Origin: a virus
Taxonomy: Duplodnaviria; Caudoviricetes
Virus record (IMG/VR): IMGVR_UViG_3300027852_000075
Coordinates: 1 to 42,819 of that record
Strand: one strand, 5' to 3'
Length of the DNA: 42,819 nt
Shown here: in pieces, positions 8,935 to 19,047 of the stretch
How the letters are laid out: each line of letters begins with the position of its first letter
How positions within the stretch are numbered: the stretch's first letter is position 1
The notes under the pieces: model-generated
Database searches by the model: none
Told to the model about the DNA's origin: nothing
What the model saw: only the letters and a program-made list of their open reading frames with translations
Position numbers and translations under genes: made by a program

Positions 8935-9386
8935 TGTCAAAACGTGATGATCTTATAACTGAATTAATCAGAAGGCTGAAAAGTAGTTTTGTAGGAACTA
9001 GAATTTATGCAGGAGATGGTGGTGTATGGGGTAAATGGGGACGGGCTTTACCTGCAATACATTATTATGAGTCTCCTGCTGATATGACATTGAAAAGACC
9101 TGGTGTATATGACATTACATTACCTATACAAGTTGAATATTTTGTTAGGTTGGGAAAGAAAGGGGATTTGTTTCCAGAAGGCAGAGAGAAATTAGGTGAA
9201 CTTCAAGCAGCTCTAGAGTTAGATGAACGGTTTAAAAGTGATGACACAGGACAAGAATTGGTTTATACTTATTCTATGGTAGCTAACGAAATTGTTGAAG
9301 TTTTAGATCACGTGGTAGGTGTTGCTGTGATCTATGAATTCAAATTTACAGATGTTTTTTTAGGTTACGAACAATATCGACATTAA
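8934..9386 (+). CDS. Probable tail terminator protein
   Basis: 150 aa, immediately before the tail tube; N-terminal helix followed by LPAIHYYE and beta strands. Confidence 0.65.
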   Translation: MSKRDDLITELIRRLKSSFVGTRIYAGDGGVWGKWGRALPAIHYYESPADMTLKRPGVYDITLPIQVEYFVRLGKKGDLFPEGREKLGELQAALELDERFKSDDTGQELVYTYSMVANEIVEVLDHVVGVAVIYEFKFTDVFLGYEQYRH

Positions 9387-9402
9387 TTAGGAGATATTCA
9401 TT

Positions 9403-10407
9403 ATGGCTATTGCACCCAACTCTGAAAACTATACACTAGGTAAAGGCCGTCTGTTTTTTAATCAGATGGATACTAGTGGCAACCTGACCAATGAAATGGC
9501 ATTGGGTAACGCTCCCAACCTGACATTTTCATTGGCCGTTGAAAAATTGGATCACTATTCCAGTACTTCTGGTTTACGTGCCAAGGATAAAACCGTTGTG
9601 ACAGAGGTTACACCTACTGTTGCTTTCACTCTTGATGAGATCAACCGTCGTAATTTACGGATGCTTTTCTATGGAACTGAGACTGCGATGTCTCAGCTAG
9701 AAGATAACGATGATGATTACACTTTGACCACTGATTCTTTAGAAGGTGCTTACTACGAGACTGGTAAGCGTAATATCGGTGTTTATCGTGTAGCGTATGA
9801 TAATCGTACTACTTCTAATCTAATTGCTACTGGTACTGTTATTACTGATTCTACTTGGTCAGCCACAGTTCTTCGTGATATAGAGGTTACCGCCGGTGTT
9901 GCTGGAACTGGTATTCTATATATTGGTAAAGAAACTGGTGGTACTATTGCTAATGATGACGCCTTTACAGCTAGTTCCGATGGTGGTGACATTGACGGTG
10001 CAGTGACTTGGCTGAGTAACGTAGTGGTTGTAGGTGATGCCACTTTCGCCGCTTACTATGAAGTTGGTACTGATTATGTACTTAACAGCCATGGTGGTCT
10101 TATTGGTATAGCTGAAGGTAGTTCTATTACTGATGCTAGTACGGTACATGCTGCGTTTGCATATCAGGCTGAGAGTTATTACAGCTTGAGTGGTCTTGAG
10201 ACTTCTTCTTTAGAAGGTCAGGTTCGTTTCGTTTCTGATAACCCAGAAGGACCACAGATGGAAGCACGTTTCTGGAAGGTTTCATTATCTCCAGATGGTG
10301 ATACAGCATTCATTGGTGATGATTGGTCAACTATGTCATTTACAGGAGAGATTCTGAAAGATGAGACAGGGCACCCAACTAAGCCTTATCTTGAATTGCT
10401 GATGTAA
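9403..10407 (+). CDS. Major tail tube protein with internal inserted domain
   Basis: NYTLGKGRLFF, LGNAPNLTFS, EKLDHYSSTSGLRAKD, FTLDEIN, EGQVRFVSDNPEG, VSLSPDGD and DDWSTMSFTGEIL. RBS AGGAG; sits upstream of the chaperones and tape measure. Confidence 0.85.
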   Translation: MAIAPNSENYTLGKGRLFFNQMDTSGNLTNEMALGNAPNLTFSLAVEKLDHYSSTSGLRAKDKTVVTEVTPTVAFTLDEINRRNLRMLFYGTETAMSQLEDNDDDYTLTTDSLEGAYYETGKRNIGVYRVAYDNRTTSNLIATGTVITDSTWSATVLRDIEVTAGVAGTGILYIGKETGGTIANDDAFTASSDGGDIDGAVTWLSNVVVVGDATFAAYYEVGTDYVLNSHGGLIGIAEGSSITDASTVHAAFAYQAESYYSLSGLETSSLEGQVRFVSDNPEGPQMEARFWKVSLSPDGDTAFIGDDWSTMSFTGEILKDETGHPTKPYLELLM

Positions 10408-10487
10408 AAGCGTCTACAAGCTCGGAGCTTGTGTTGTGTACGTTTGTACTATGTGACACAAGTTCCGTCTTTAGACAGTGTTACAGG

Positions 10488-10534
10488 GCGTTATAGAGTG
10501 GCTTAGTTAGTTACTGTATAACGCATTTTTGTTT
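10488..10534 (+). terminator. Probable Rho-independent terminator/attenuator after tail tube
   Basis: Outer stem gcgttata / tataacgc with inner stem agtggct / agttact, followed by atttttgttt. Confidence 0.6.
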
Positions 10535-10551
10535 AATGTGAGGGGACAATT

Positions 10552-11022
10552 ATGGCCGATATGGCAGACTCAAAAGTAAGAATCAAAGATGAAGATTGGA
10601 GTGCTTTATTTCCTTCTGAAGATTTTAAAATAGGTTCTACAACCGTACATGTAAAAGCGTTATCTGTAGAAGGTGTTTCTATAATTACCGCAAGATTATC
10701 TGAGATAGGGGCAAAGGTTACTACACTCAACATTTCATTAGATGAATCAACTAATAATGTTGGGGATCTTTCACAACTAGTACATGTGATTTTGGAAGAT
10801 GCACCAGACATCCTTTCGGAACTTACAGGTGTTCATGAAGATGATATTAAGAAATTACCTGTAGCGACTGCGGTAGATTTATTTAACAAAGCGTTAGATG
10901 TCAATGTAGGCTCTCAATCGAGTTTAGTAAAAAACTTAAAGCTGTTGGGGAACAAGTTCAATCAGTTTCTGAGTCCAGAGACGGATCCGACCTCAACAAG
11001 CCGGGAGAGGGCTCATCTTTAG
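10552..11022 (+). CDS. Tail assembly chaperone (lambda gpG-like)
   Basis: Lies between tube and tape measure; acidic 156-aa protein containing an in-frame slippery heptamer A AAA AAC. Confidence 0.85.
   Translation: MADMADSKVRIKDEDWSALFPSEDFKIGSTTVHVKALSVEGVSIITARLSEIGAKVTTLNISLDESTNNVGDLSQLVHVILEDAPDILSELTGVHEDDIKKLPVATAVDLFNKALDVNVGSQSSLVKNLKLLGNKFNQFLSPETDPTSTSRERAHL
10929..10935 (+). other. Programmed -1 ribosomal frameshift site (A AAA AAC)
   Basis: Codons GTA AAA AAC give an X XXY YYZ heptamer. The -1 frame is open from 10929 and is in frame with the 11040-11327 ORF. Confidence 0.8.
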
Positions 11023-11327
11023 GTGAATTAGCCCAATTTTTGATTAAACATAATCATTCTTGGACTGAAATAAAAACCTATACGTTGAGTGAACTAGGAG
11101 TATTTGTAAGAGAAGCCATAAAAGAATCTGATGCTGACTTTAAATCTAATATATTTAGTGCATGGTTTGGTTTTAATGCGGATAGTGATACTGTACAATC
11201 TTTATTAGATGGTAAGTCCTTGTCGGATGTTTCTGCTAAAGTAAGCGGTAGTGACTCTAAACAAGATTCTGCTGCAACTAAGAAAGAATGGATGCGGCTA
11301 GCAGGGGCATTAGGAAAGCTGGGTTAA
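10929..11327 (+). CDS. Tail assembly chaperone frameshift extension (gpT part of gpGT)
   Basis: The -1 frame reads KKLKAVGEQ...SLGELAQFLIKHNHSWTEIKTYTLSELGVF...GKLG*. The track ORF 11040-11327 has only a TTG start. Confidence 0.8.
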   Translation, partial: KKLKAVGEQVQSVSESRDGSDLNKPGEGSSLGELAQFLIKHNHSWTEIKTYTLSELGVFVREAIKESDADFKSNIFSAWFGFNADSDTVQSLLDGKSLSDVSAKVSGSDSKQDSAATKKEWMRLAGALGKLG

Positions 11328-11331
11328 ACTT

Positions 11332-14300
11332 ATGGCTCAAGATACAAAAGTAATTGAGGTTATTGCCCAACTAAAAGATGAATTTAGTGGGGTTGCTAAA
11401 AAAATAACAGAGTCTTTAGGTGCCATGGACAAGACCTTACAGGGTCTTGCCAAGGTACAGCTTTCTCCTAAACTAACATCAACTCTAAAACACCTTGAAG
11501 AAAATGGTAAAGGTGCTGCTGAGGCTATCAACAAACTTAATGCCCAGCTTAAGGGAGGGGCCCTTCCCACTTCTTTAGGTAATCTTCAACAAGCTGCACA
11601 AGCTGCCTCCAAAGAACTGAAGGATCTTTCACACAGATCCTTGGTTACAACCTCGCTAACTAAAAAAACGAAATCTATTACTGTCGGTTTAAATAATATT
11701 ACCGCAGCCGCTAGGACTGCGCGTGAAGCACTACAAAATATACCAGATGTTTCAAGACTTTCTAAAGCAGAACCTAAAACAGCTCAAACCAGCAAACAGG
11801 ATGTTTCGGCTAAAGAAAAAGTTGTTGAGGTTACGAACAAGCAAACTACTGCGGAAGAAAGATTACAGAAACAATTAGATCGTCAGAGTGCTTCGTATAA
11901 TAAACTCTCAAATAGTTTAGCTGCGGTAACTCAGACTTCAGAACATCTAACCAATACAACAAAAGGTTTATCTGATAAAGAACGTAATTTAGGTATTGAG
12001 ATACGTAGTAGGGATGCTTTACAACAGCGTTCTATAACCTTGATTGGTGAAGCAATTGGTTTGCAGAATCAATTACAAACTGTTGAAAAAGGTACCACTG
12101 AGGCTTTAAAAACTCAGTCTAATGCATTACGTGATAATGTAACTGAGTTAATTAAAAAATTAGAAGCTCAACGCGCTCTCCAGCAGGCGACATCTCTTAA
12201 ATTAAAAGAAAAACAAGAACCCAGTGGTGCAGATAGTGTTAATGTTAAATCTCTTGAGCAGCTAGTAACCACTTTGCAAAAATTAAAAGGTGATGTAAGT
12301 AGCGTCACCAGTCAGGTATCCGATATTGCTGCTGGATTTGAAAAGGCTCATGGTTCTGCATCTAAGCTTAATTCAACTGTTAGCAGTTACAGTAAAGAGA
12401 CCACTAGAGTTTTAAATATTCAACAAGAAATTAATACCGCTATTGGACAAGGAAAGCAAATAGAAGGGGATAAGGCTAAAACAATTGTTGCAACTCTTAA
12501 TGCGTTAAAACAAGAATTGCTTATTAAAAAGGAATTAATAGAAAGTAATTCTGCTGCTGCGGTTTCTGAAAAAGCTAAAGTAGTGGCTACAGAAGAACAT
12601 CTTACTGCTTTAACAAAAGTAAAGTCTCAGGTTGAACAAAATGTAAAGGCTCAGAATTCTTTAGTAGAACTTAGTCAAACACTTACTGCGACTGATGATC
12701 AAAAAGTAAAAAATCATACAGAAATTAATAAGCAATATAAGAAGCAAGAGGCTTCGATTTCTAGAATCGCTGAATTACAACAGCAAGTTTCTAGTTTGGG
12801 GGGTTTTAAAGGGGCAGATGCTAAATCTGTAGCACTTCTTAAAGAACTTGAAACTCAATTAAATAAGATTGCAAAAACAGCTTCAACAACAAAAACTGTA
12901 TTAGGTGAAGGTTTAAAAGTAGATAAAGACCTTGCTAAGGCTACTACTGAGGCTTCCAATTTTCAAACCAAATTAGAAGGTATTGAAAAAGAATATAAAG
13001 ATCTGAAATCAACGATAACTGCAAGTACTGGTAAGATCCAAATTTTTAGAGATGAAGATCTTATTTTAGCTAAAACCAGAGTTACCGGTTTAAATACAGA
13101 AGTTCTTCGATTTTTAAAATCAATGGAAAAGTTGGCTGCTGATCCTAAAGGTAGAAAAGCTCTCAAAGATTTCGGGTTAACAGCGGAACAAGTACAAGGT
13201 ACTTTAGGTAAACTAGGTGCTAGTGTTGGAAAGTTAAAAGCTGACCTTAGTGCGTTTTCAAAAGAACGCTCAGTTGAATTTGGTGAGTCTATCGAAGCTG
13301 TTAAAGCCGGTGGCCGTAATGTAGCTTCTAGTTTACAACAAATGACTGTGGCAGGTGCTACATTAGGAAAGTCTGTTGAAGGCGCCCTGCAAAATATGGG
13401 CAAAAGATTTGGCGTAAATACTGTAAAAGCCAGAGAACTTGCCGGTGCTATTTCTCATTTAGAAGAGGAGATGGTACGTTTTAGATCAGGTGTTGTAACT
13501 TGGAGTACAGGACTTTTAATGCTTGGCGCTGCTGTAACAGCTCCGTTTTATCAAGCAATTAAGGTGTTCACAGAACTTTCGGACACCTTAGCTCAAGTAC
13601 AAGCTGTAACAAATGCCACTGTGATGGAATTTAGGCATCTTGAAGAAGCTGCTACTACTATGGGCAGAACTACTAGATTCACTGCTCAACAAGCTGCGGA
13701 AGGACTGTTATTTCTAGGTCGTGCAGGGTTTGCTGCCGATGAGGCTGTAGCTGCGTTACCTACTACTTTACAAATGGCTCAAGCTGCGGCTATAGATTTA
13801 GGTCGTGCTGCTGATATTGTTACCAACATAATGACTTCTTTCAGTTTAGAAATTAGTCAACTGCCTCATGCTGCTGATGTTTTAACTCAAGCCTTTACAT
13901 CATCCAATGCCACATTAGAAAATTTAGGAGTAGGTTTTACTTATGTAGGTTCTATTGCTAAAGGTCTTGGTACTGATTTTGAAGATGTTATAGGAGCCCT
14001 AGCAAAACTGCATGATGCTGGTTTTAAAGGGACTATGGCAGGTACAGCTTTGCGCGGTGCTTTAGATGGATTGTTTAATCCTACAAAGCAAGAAGCAAAG
14101 GTCATGGAAGAACTGGGCGACCGTTTAGGTTTTGTAGATTTACAGATACGTAATGCTAGTGGCGGCTTTGTAGGATTTTCAGCATTAATTCAACAGTTAG
14201 AGACTGCAGGATTTACTGCTGAAGAAGCTTTGAAGCTTTTTGGACAAAGAGCTGGTCCAGGTATGGCAGCATTACTACGTATAGGCTCAAAGAATTTAGA

Positions 14301-17300
14301 GGACTATAAAGAATCTTTAGAAGAAGCTGGTGGTACAACCGCTGAAATTGCAGCCATAATGGATACGACATTAAAGGGTGCATTTCTTCGATTGAAATCT
14401 GCTGTAGAAGGTCTAGGGGAAAGTTTTGGTAAAGGTATAGAAGAAGGTTTAAAAATAATGGTAGATGCATTATCTAGTGCAGTTAATACCATTACAGATT
14501 TTAAAGAATCTTTAGGGCCTGTAGGAGATATAATAGGTGTAGTTGTAGGAGGGCTTGCGGCACTTATTGGTGTTATAGGGTCAGCAACTTTTGCTTGGTT
14601 TTTAATGCTTGTACCGTTAAAGCAGTTTGCAGTAGCTTTTGGTTCTTTAATAGGTTTATTTAGAGCAGGTACTGAAAGGTTACTTGGTCTTGATATAACA
14701 CAAAAAAATTCTATAGGAACATCGGTAAAAGCTGCTGCTGCGATTGCTAAAGAATCAGTAGAAAGAGCAAAGGCTTTGCAAGGCATAGATATTGAAAGCC
14801 AACGGTTACATATTAATACTCTTGCACAAGAAGCTAATAACAGATCAAAATTAAATAAACCTATAGGTGCAGGAGTAATTCCAGCACAGCATATAGTAGG
14901 ACCACCTATACCAGATATTAAGACTGCACAAGTAAAAGGTTACAATGTAGGTGAGGCTGCTTCTGCTGCTATGGCTAAAGGCGCAAAGAAAGGAATAGGT
15001 CCTTTTAGATCAATTTTTACAGATGTATTTAAAAATTTAACCGCTATTGCTGTGTACTGGGGCACTTCTTTTCTTGGTCCTATAGGCATATTTTTTCAAT
15101 TGTTAATACCGCAAGCTTTTGAGCTTGTTAAAGGTGTAGGAAGTGTTAGAGAGGCTATTGATCTTGCGAAAGTTGCACTTCTTGGTTTGATCAAAGTTTT
15201 AAAGGCACACCCTATACTTCTTGCTATAAGTGCAATCGTTACTGCGTTTTATTTATTTAAAGATTCTGTTAAGGCTGCAAATAACGAGACACAAAGATTA
15301 ATTGATAAGACAGCAGGCTTTGGTGGTAAAGCTAAGAAGTCAGTGAACACCGCTATTCAAGCATTTAATGAACTTAAAAATTTAGATGTTGAACAGTTGT
15401 TTAGCCAAGTAGGAAATAAGGCTTTAGATTCTTTACAAGAAAGTTTATTAAATGTTAATGATACACTTATCCAAACGATCAGGAATCTAGGAGAGTTCGG
15501 TGAAATCCCTGAATTAGATGTTGAAATCGTACCTGTAATTACAGAAAACGCATTGCCAGATTTATTTTTAGAAGTGAAGGGAGGAAAATCAACTCGTATT
15601 TTTACTGACGATATAGAGAAGTTAAAAGCTGAAACAGGTGAAGCTAAAAAAGTTATGCAGGATTTGGCGGAAGTAATTGAACGTCAAACAAAAGCAAAAA
15701 TTCAAAGTCATAGAATTGATATGGCAGTACGTAGTCTAGCTGATACAGAAGAAGAATCTATTAAAAAGACTATTGAGGCTTTAAAAGAACAGAATCAATT
15801 AAGAAAAAGTGCATATGACTTCCAAGCCAACTCAGCGCGATTCTCAGGTAATAAGTCCGAGCAACAGCGTTTAGCTCTTTTACGTAATCTAGAAGATGAC
15901 TACAGTGAGAAGATCAAAGAGTCTATAAAACTTCATAGAGAAAGAGGCGCTACAGCGGCACAACAGCTAGATTTAGTCAATCTTTCGTTTGAAGATGCTT
16001 TTGATATTATTACTAAGGTTGCACAGGCACAACATGATGCGGCTGGTGAAGATTCTTTTAAGGAGAATACTAAATCAGTAGAAGATTATAAAGATGCTTT
16101 GATTAAATTAGTAAAACCGTATTTAAAAATTAATGGTATTTCTAAAAATCTAAATATACAAGAAGGGTTTAAGAAAGCAGTAAGTGCGGTTAATCAAATA
16201 GCAGATTCTTTTGAAAAAGTAAATGAAACTCTTGAGGAGTTAAAAGATAATGCAGATGATGCTATTGAGTCTTTGATTGATCTTGAAGATTCTAAGTTTG
16301 AGATCAAGATAGAGGGCATAGATGCTGATCTGGCAAGAGACTTGGATGCATTAAGTATTGCTTTTTCAAAATTAGATGCTTCTCAAAATTTAAGTTCCTA
16401 CTATTCAAAGGATGCTTTTGATAGACAGCGTTTAGATTTAGCTGACTTCTATAAAAATAAAAATGCTGTAACTGAGCGTTCTTATTTACTTGAGCGTAAT
16501 CTACTTGAATCTTCGTTTGCAGCCACTAAAGCTTCATTGGATAAAAAACGGGTAGCCCAACAACAATATATAGAGACCTTAAAAAAGAATGCTGTAAATT
16601 CTCAAAAAGCTACCTTGGATGCGATTCAAACTTCTGATGCAAAATTTAATCCTGAAGAAGATAAGCTTGTAAAAATATATAAGAATGAAGCGGATGAGAT
16701 CATTCATGTATACCAAAGACTTGCAGGTGATCTTGTAGAAATAAATAAAACGGTTGCGGATAAAACCGTACAAATTTACGAAGATTCTAATGCTTTGGTT
16801 GGAGAAGCTAAACGTAAAACTCTTGAAGTTGAAAAAGAAATTCTTGAAGAAGAGTATGAGGTTACAAAACAGCATTTAGAAGATTTAATAGGGTTACGTG
16901 AAAAGTACGTTAAGCGTATCCAAGATACTGAAAAAGCCCGTCTTGCTTTTTCTAAACTGATTAGTGATGCAGAGAAAAAACTTTTTGCTGAGGATACTTC
17001 AGATGATTCTTTTGCAAAACGAAAGAGGGCAGCGGAATTAAAGCACCATAAAGATAAGCAGCGGTTGTTAAGAATCAATTCGGAATTTGCTACTGCTGCG
17101 GCTGCTGGTGATTTTGCTCGTATGGAGCGACTTGCTAAGGAAAGTATCAAAATTGTAGAGGACGCCAAGAAACTTGCTGAGAAACAAAAAGATGATCCTT
17201 CAGCATTAATAAGAATTGATCCTATGGAAGAACAGCTATACAAGCGTTCTTTAGCGCGGTATAGACAAACGTTTAATGATAGTGCTGCTGGTGTTGAGCA

Positions 17301-18651
17301 GGATGCCGAAGATCATATTGAAAGACTTGATACTACCATAGGTGAGTTAGGAACAACTTTGAGCAATCTTGGTACTAGTTTTACAGAAATATCAGGTGCT
17401 ATACGTCAAACCTTCGATGACGAAGGCGGGTTACAGAAGTTGACTGATGGAATGGGCAATCTTACTACAGCTACAGAGAAACTTATAGGTAAGTACCAGG
17501 AAATTTTAGAACATCAACAGGTGATGATTGATAAACAGAAAAAGGTTAATGATTTAAAGAGTGAATTAGGGAATGTGCAAGATATCGGTATAGCAGTTCA
17601 ACAAATTGGTACACTAGCTGAACAGGTTAAAAAATTATCTGATGAAGAAATTGATTTTACTAGTGAGAAAGGTAGAGAGAGGTTAGTTAAATTTGCAAAA
17701 GAGTTAGATACTACCACGGGCAGTTTTACTAAAACTATTGAAGGTTTACGAGCATTAAATGATCCTAAGTTGACTCAAGTTGCTGGTGTTTTAGAAGAAA
17801 TAGTGGCAGCTCTTGGTGGTAATTGGGAAACCACACTTTCAAATAGTAACGAGAATGCTAAAGAATTTCAGGATACTTGGGAAGGTTTAGTAGAAGCTTT
17901 TGGAAATAGTGAATCCAAAATATCGGATGTATCTAAAGTATTGGGTGAAAGTGACACAGCACTGAAAGAGGATTTCATAAAAAGTATCGAGTCTAAAGGT
18001 TTACTTGAATTTTTAGACGTAGTAAAAACTAAGTTTCAAGATTTAGGACAACTAGATTTACCAGATGTTGATATAGAAACTTCTAGTGCTGTTACTAATC
18101 TAGGAAAGGTTGAAAACGCATTCATTGCAATTCAAAAAGCTGCTAGTGACCTTCAAAAGAAATTTAAGTTGAACGTTAGTATTTCAGGCGGATCTGGATT
18201 TGCAGCAGGTGGTTTAGTTACTAGTTTGTTCCCTGGATTTGCAACAGGCGGTAGAGTAAAAGAAAAAGCACAGAAACGTGCAGCAGGTGGATCAATTAAA
18301 GGTAAAGGTACAGGTACAAGTGATTCAATACTTGCATGGTTATCCAATGGTGAATACGTAATGGATGCAAAGACCACCAGCTTCTTCGGACCTAAGTTTT
18401 TTAAGGCTTTACAGGGGATTGGTAACGCTGCGATTAATCCTTTACGGAATACTGCTAATCTTATGCCTAATTTAACACCTCAGTTTGCAACTGGTGGTTA
18501 TGCATCGTCTGATACGGTCAGACCTTCTAAGGTTGCGCAGAGGGACGTGGTAGATATAAACTTCTCTGTAGGAGGTTCTACTGTAGCCTTGTCCGGGGAA
18601 AGAGATCAAGTTAGGAATTTGGTAACAGCATTAAAAGGCATGAGAAGATAA
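11332..18651 (+). CDS. Tail tape measure protein (TP901-family core)
   Basis: 2439 aa, helical and Ala/Lys/Leu-rich. Core TTRFTAQQAAEGLLFLGRAGF...GFKGTMAGTALR...LFGQRAG; hydrophobic segments; C-terminal FAxGG motifs and GTGTSDSILAWLSNGEYVM. Confidence 0.96.
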   Translation: MAQDTKVIEVIAQLKDEFSGVAKKITESLGAMDKTLQGLAKVQLSPKLTSTLKHLEENGKGAAEAINKLNAQLKGGALPTSLGNLQQAAQAASKELKDLSHRSLVTTSLTKKTKSITVGLNNITAAARTAREALQNIPDVSRLSKAEPKTAQTSKQDVSAKEKVVEVTNKQTTAEERLQKQLDRQSASYNKLSNSLAAVTQTSEHLTNTTKGLSDKERNLGIEIRSRDALQQRSITLIGEAIGLQNQLQTVEKGTTEALKTQSNALRDNVTELIKKLEAQRALQQATSLKLKEKQEPSGADSVNVKSLEQLVTTLQKLKGDVSSVTSQVSDIAAGFEKAHGSASKLNSTVSSYSKETTRVLNIQQEINTAIGQGKQIEGDKAKTIVATLNALKQELLIKKELIESNSAAAVSEKAKVVATEEHLTALTKVKSQVEQNVKAQNSLVELSQTLTATDDQKVKNHTEINKQYKKQEASISRIAELQQQVSSLGGFKGADAKSVALLKELETQLNKIAKTASTTKTVLGEGLKVDKDLAKATTEASNFQTKLEGIEKEYKDLKSTITASTGKIQIFRDEDLILAKTRVTGLNTEVLRFLKSMEKLAADPKGRKALKDFGLTAEQVQGTLGKLGASVGKLKADLSAFSKERSVEFGESIEAVKAGGRNVASSLQQMTVAGATLGKSVEGALQNMGKRFGVNTVKARELAGAISHLEEEMVRFRSGVVTWSTGLLMLGAAVTAPFYQAIKVFTELSDTLAQVQAVTNATVMEFRHLEEAATTMGRTTRFTAQQAAEGLLFLGRAGFAADEAVAALPTTLQMAQAAAIDLGRAADIVTNIMTSFSLEISQLPHAADVLTQAFTSSNATLENLGVGFTYVGSIAKGLGTDFEDVIGALAKLHDAGFKGTMAGTALRGALDGLFNPTKQEAKVMEELGDRLGFVDLQIRNASGGFVGFSALIQQLETAGFTAEEALKLFGQRAGPGMAALLRIGSKNLEDYKESLEEAGGTTAEIAAIMDTTLKGAFLRLKSAVEGLGESFGKGIEEGLKIMVDALSSAVNTITDFKESLGPVGDIIGVVVGGLAALIGVIGSATFAWFLMLVPLKQFAVAFGSLIGLFRAGTERLLGLDITQKNSIGTSVKAAAAIAKESVERAKALQGIDIESQRLHINTLAQEANNRSKLNKPIGAGVIPAQHIVGPPIPDIKTAQVKGYNVGEAASAAMAKGAKKGIGPFRSIFTDVFKNLTAIAVYWGTSFLGPIGIFFQLLIPQAFELVKGVGSVREAIDLAKVALLGLIKVLKAHPILLAISAIVTAFYLFKDSVKAANNETQRLIDKTAGFGGKAKKSVNTAIQAFNELKNLDVEQLFSQVGNKALDSLQESLLNVNDTLIQTIRNLGEFGEIPELDVEIVPVITENALPDLFLEVKGGKSTRIFTDDIEKLKAETGEAKKVMQDLAEVIERQTKAKIQSHRIDMAVRSLADTEEESIKKTIEALKEQNQLRKSAYDFQANSARFSGNKSEQQRLALLRNLEDDYSEKIKESIKLHRERGATAAQQLDLVNLSFEDAFDIITKVAQAQHDAAGEDSFKENTKSVEDYKDALIKLVKPYLKINGISKNLNIQEGFKKAVSAVNQIADSFEKVNETLEELKDNADDAIESLIDLEDSKFEIKIEGIDADLARDLDALSIAFSKLDASQNLSSYYSKDAFDRQRLDLADFYKNKNAVTERSYLLERNLLESSFAATKASLDKKRVAQQQYIETLKKNAVNSQKATLDAIQTSDAKFNPEEDKLVKIYKNEADEIIHVYQRLAGDLVEINKTVADKTVQIYEDSNALVGEAKRKTLEVEKEILEEEYEVTKQHLEDLIGLREKYVKRIQDTEKARLAFSKLISDAEKKLFAEDTSDDSFAKRKRAAELKHHKDKQRLLRINSEFATAAAAGDFARMERLAKESIKIVEDAKKLAEKQKDDPSALIRIDPMEEQLYKRSLARYRQTFNDSAAGVEQDAEDHIERLDTTIGELGTTLSNLGTSFTEISGAIRQTFDDEGGLQKLTDGMGNLTTATEKLIGKYQEILEHQQVMIDKQKKVNDLKSELGNVQDIGIAVQQIGTLAEQVKKLSDEEIDFTSEKGRERLVKFAKELDTTTGSFTKTIEGLRALNDPKLTQVAGVLEEIVAALGGNWETTLSNSNENAKEFQDTWEGLVEAFGNSESKISDVSKVLGESDTALKEDFIKSIESKGLLEFLDVVKTKFQDLGQLDLPDVDIETSSAVTNLGKVENAFIAIQKAASDLQKKFKLNVSISGGSGFAAGGLVTSLFPGFATGGRVKEKAQKRAAGGSIKGKGTGTSDSILAWLSNGEYVMDAKTTSFFGPKFFKALQGIGNAAINPLRNTANLMPNLTPQFATGGYASSDTVRPSKVAQRDVVDINFSVGGSTVALSGERDQVRNLVTALKGMRR

Positions 18652-18654
18652 ATT

Positions 18655-19038
18655 ATGGCTATTACACTAGGTGGAGTTACCTTAAACCCACAGATGCTAT
18701 GGCCGGATGAAAAAATCCAGAAGCAACTATCGCAAACTATAAAAAGGACTATAGGCGGTGGACTAAAAATACGTGAACAATCTCTTAACGAGGGTAGGGA
18801 TATAACCTTAGAGGCTTCAACTGCTCAAGGGTGGTTGACCACGGATCAAGTAGATAGTGTAAATGCCTTAGCACAAGTTGCCAATACACAGTACACTTTA
18901 GTCATAGGCATTCAATCGTTTACGGTAATGTTTCGGCATGTTGATGCTCCTGCAGTAGACTTCAGGCCGCTGGTTTTTAGAGTAGATGCACCGGTTGAGG
19001 ATTACTTCATCGGCACCATAAAATTGATAACTGTTTAG
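18655..19038 (+). CDS. Tail-tip structural protein (distal-tail-like)
   Basis: First gene after the tape measure; ITLGGVTLNPQMLWPDE...RTIGGGL...GRDITL...GWLT pattern. Confidence 0.6.
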   Translation: MAITLGGVTLNPQMLWPDEKIQKQLSQTIKRTIGGGLKIREQSLNEGRDITLEASTAQGWLTTDQVDSVNALAQVANTQYTLVIGIQSFTVMFRHVDAPAVDFRPLVFRVDAPVEDYFIGTIKLITV

Positions 19039-19047
19039 GAGTTATAC

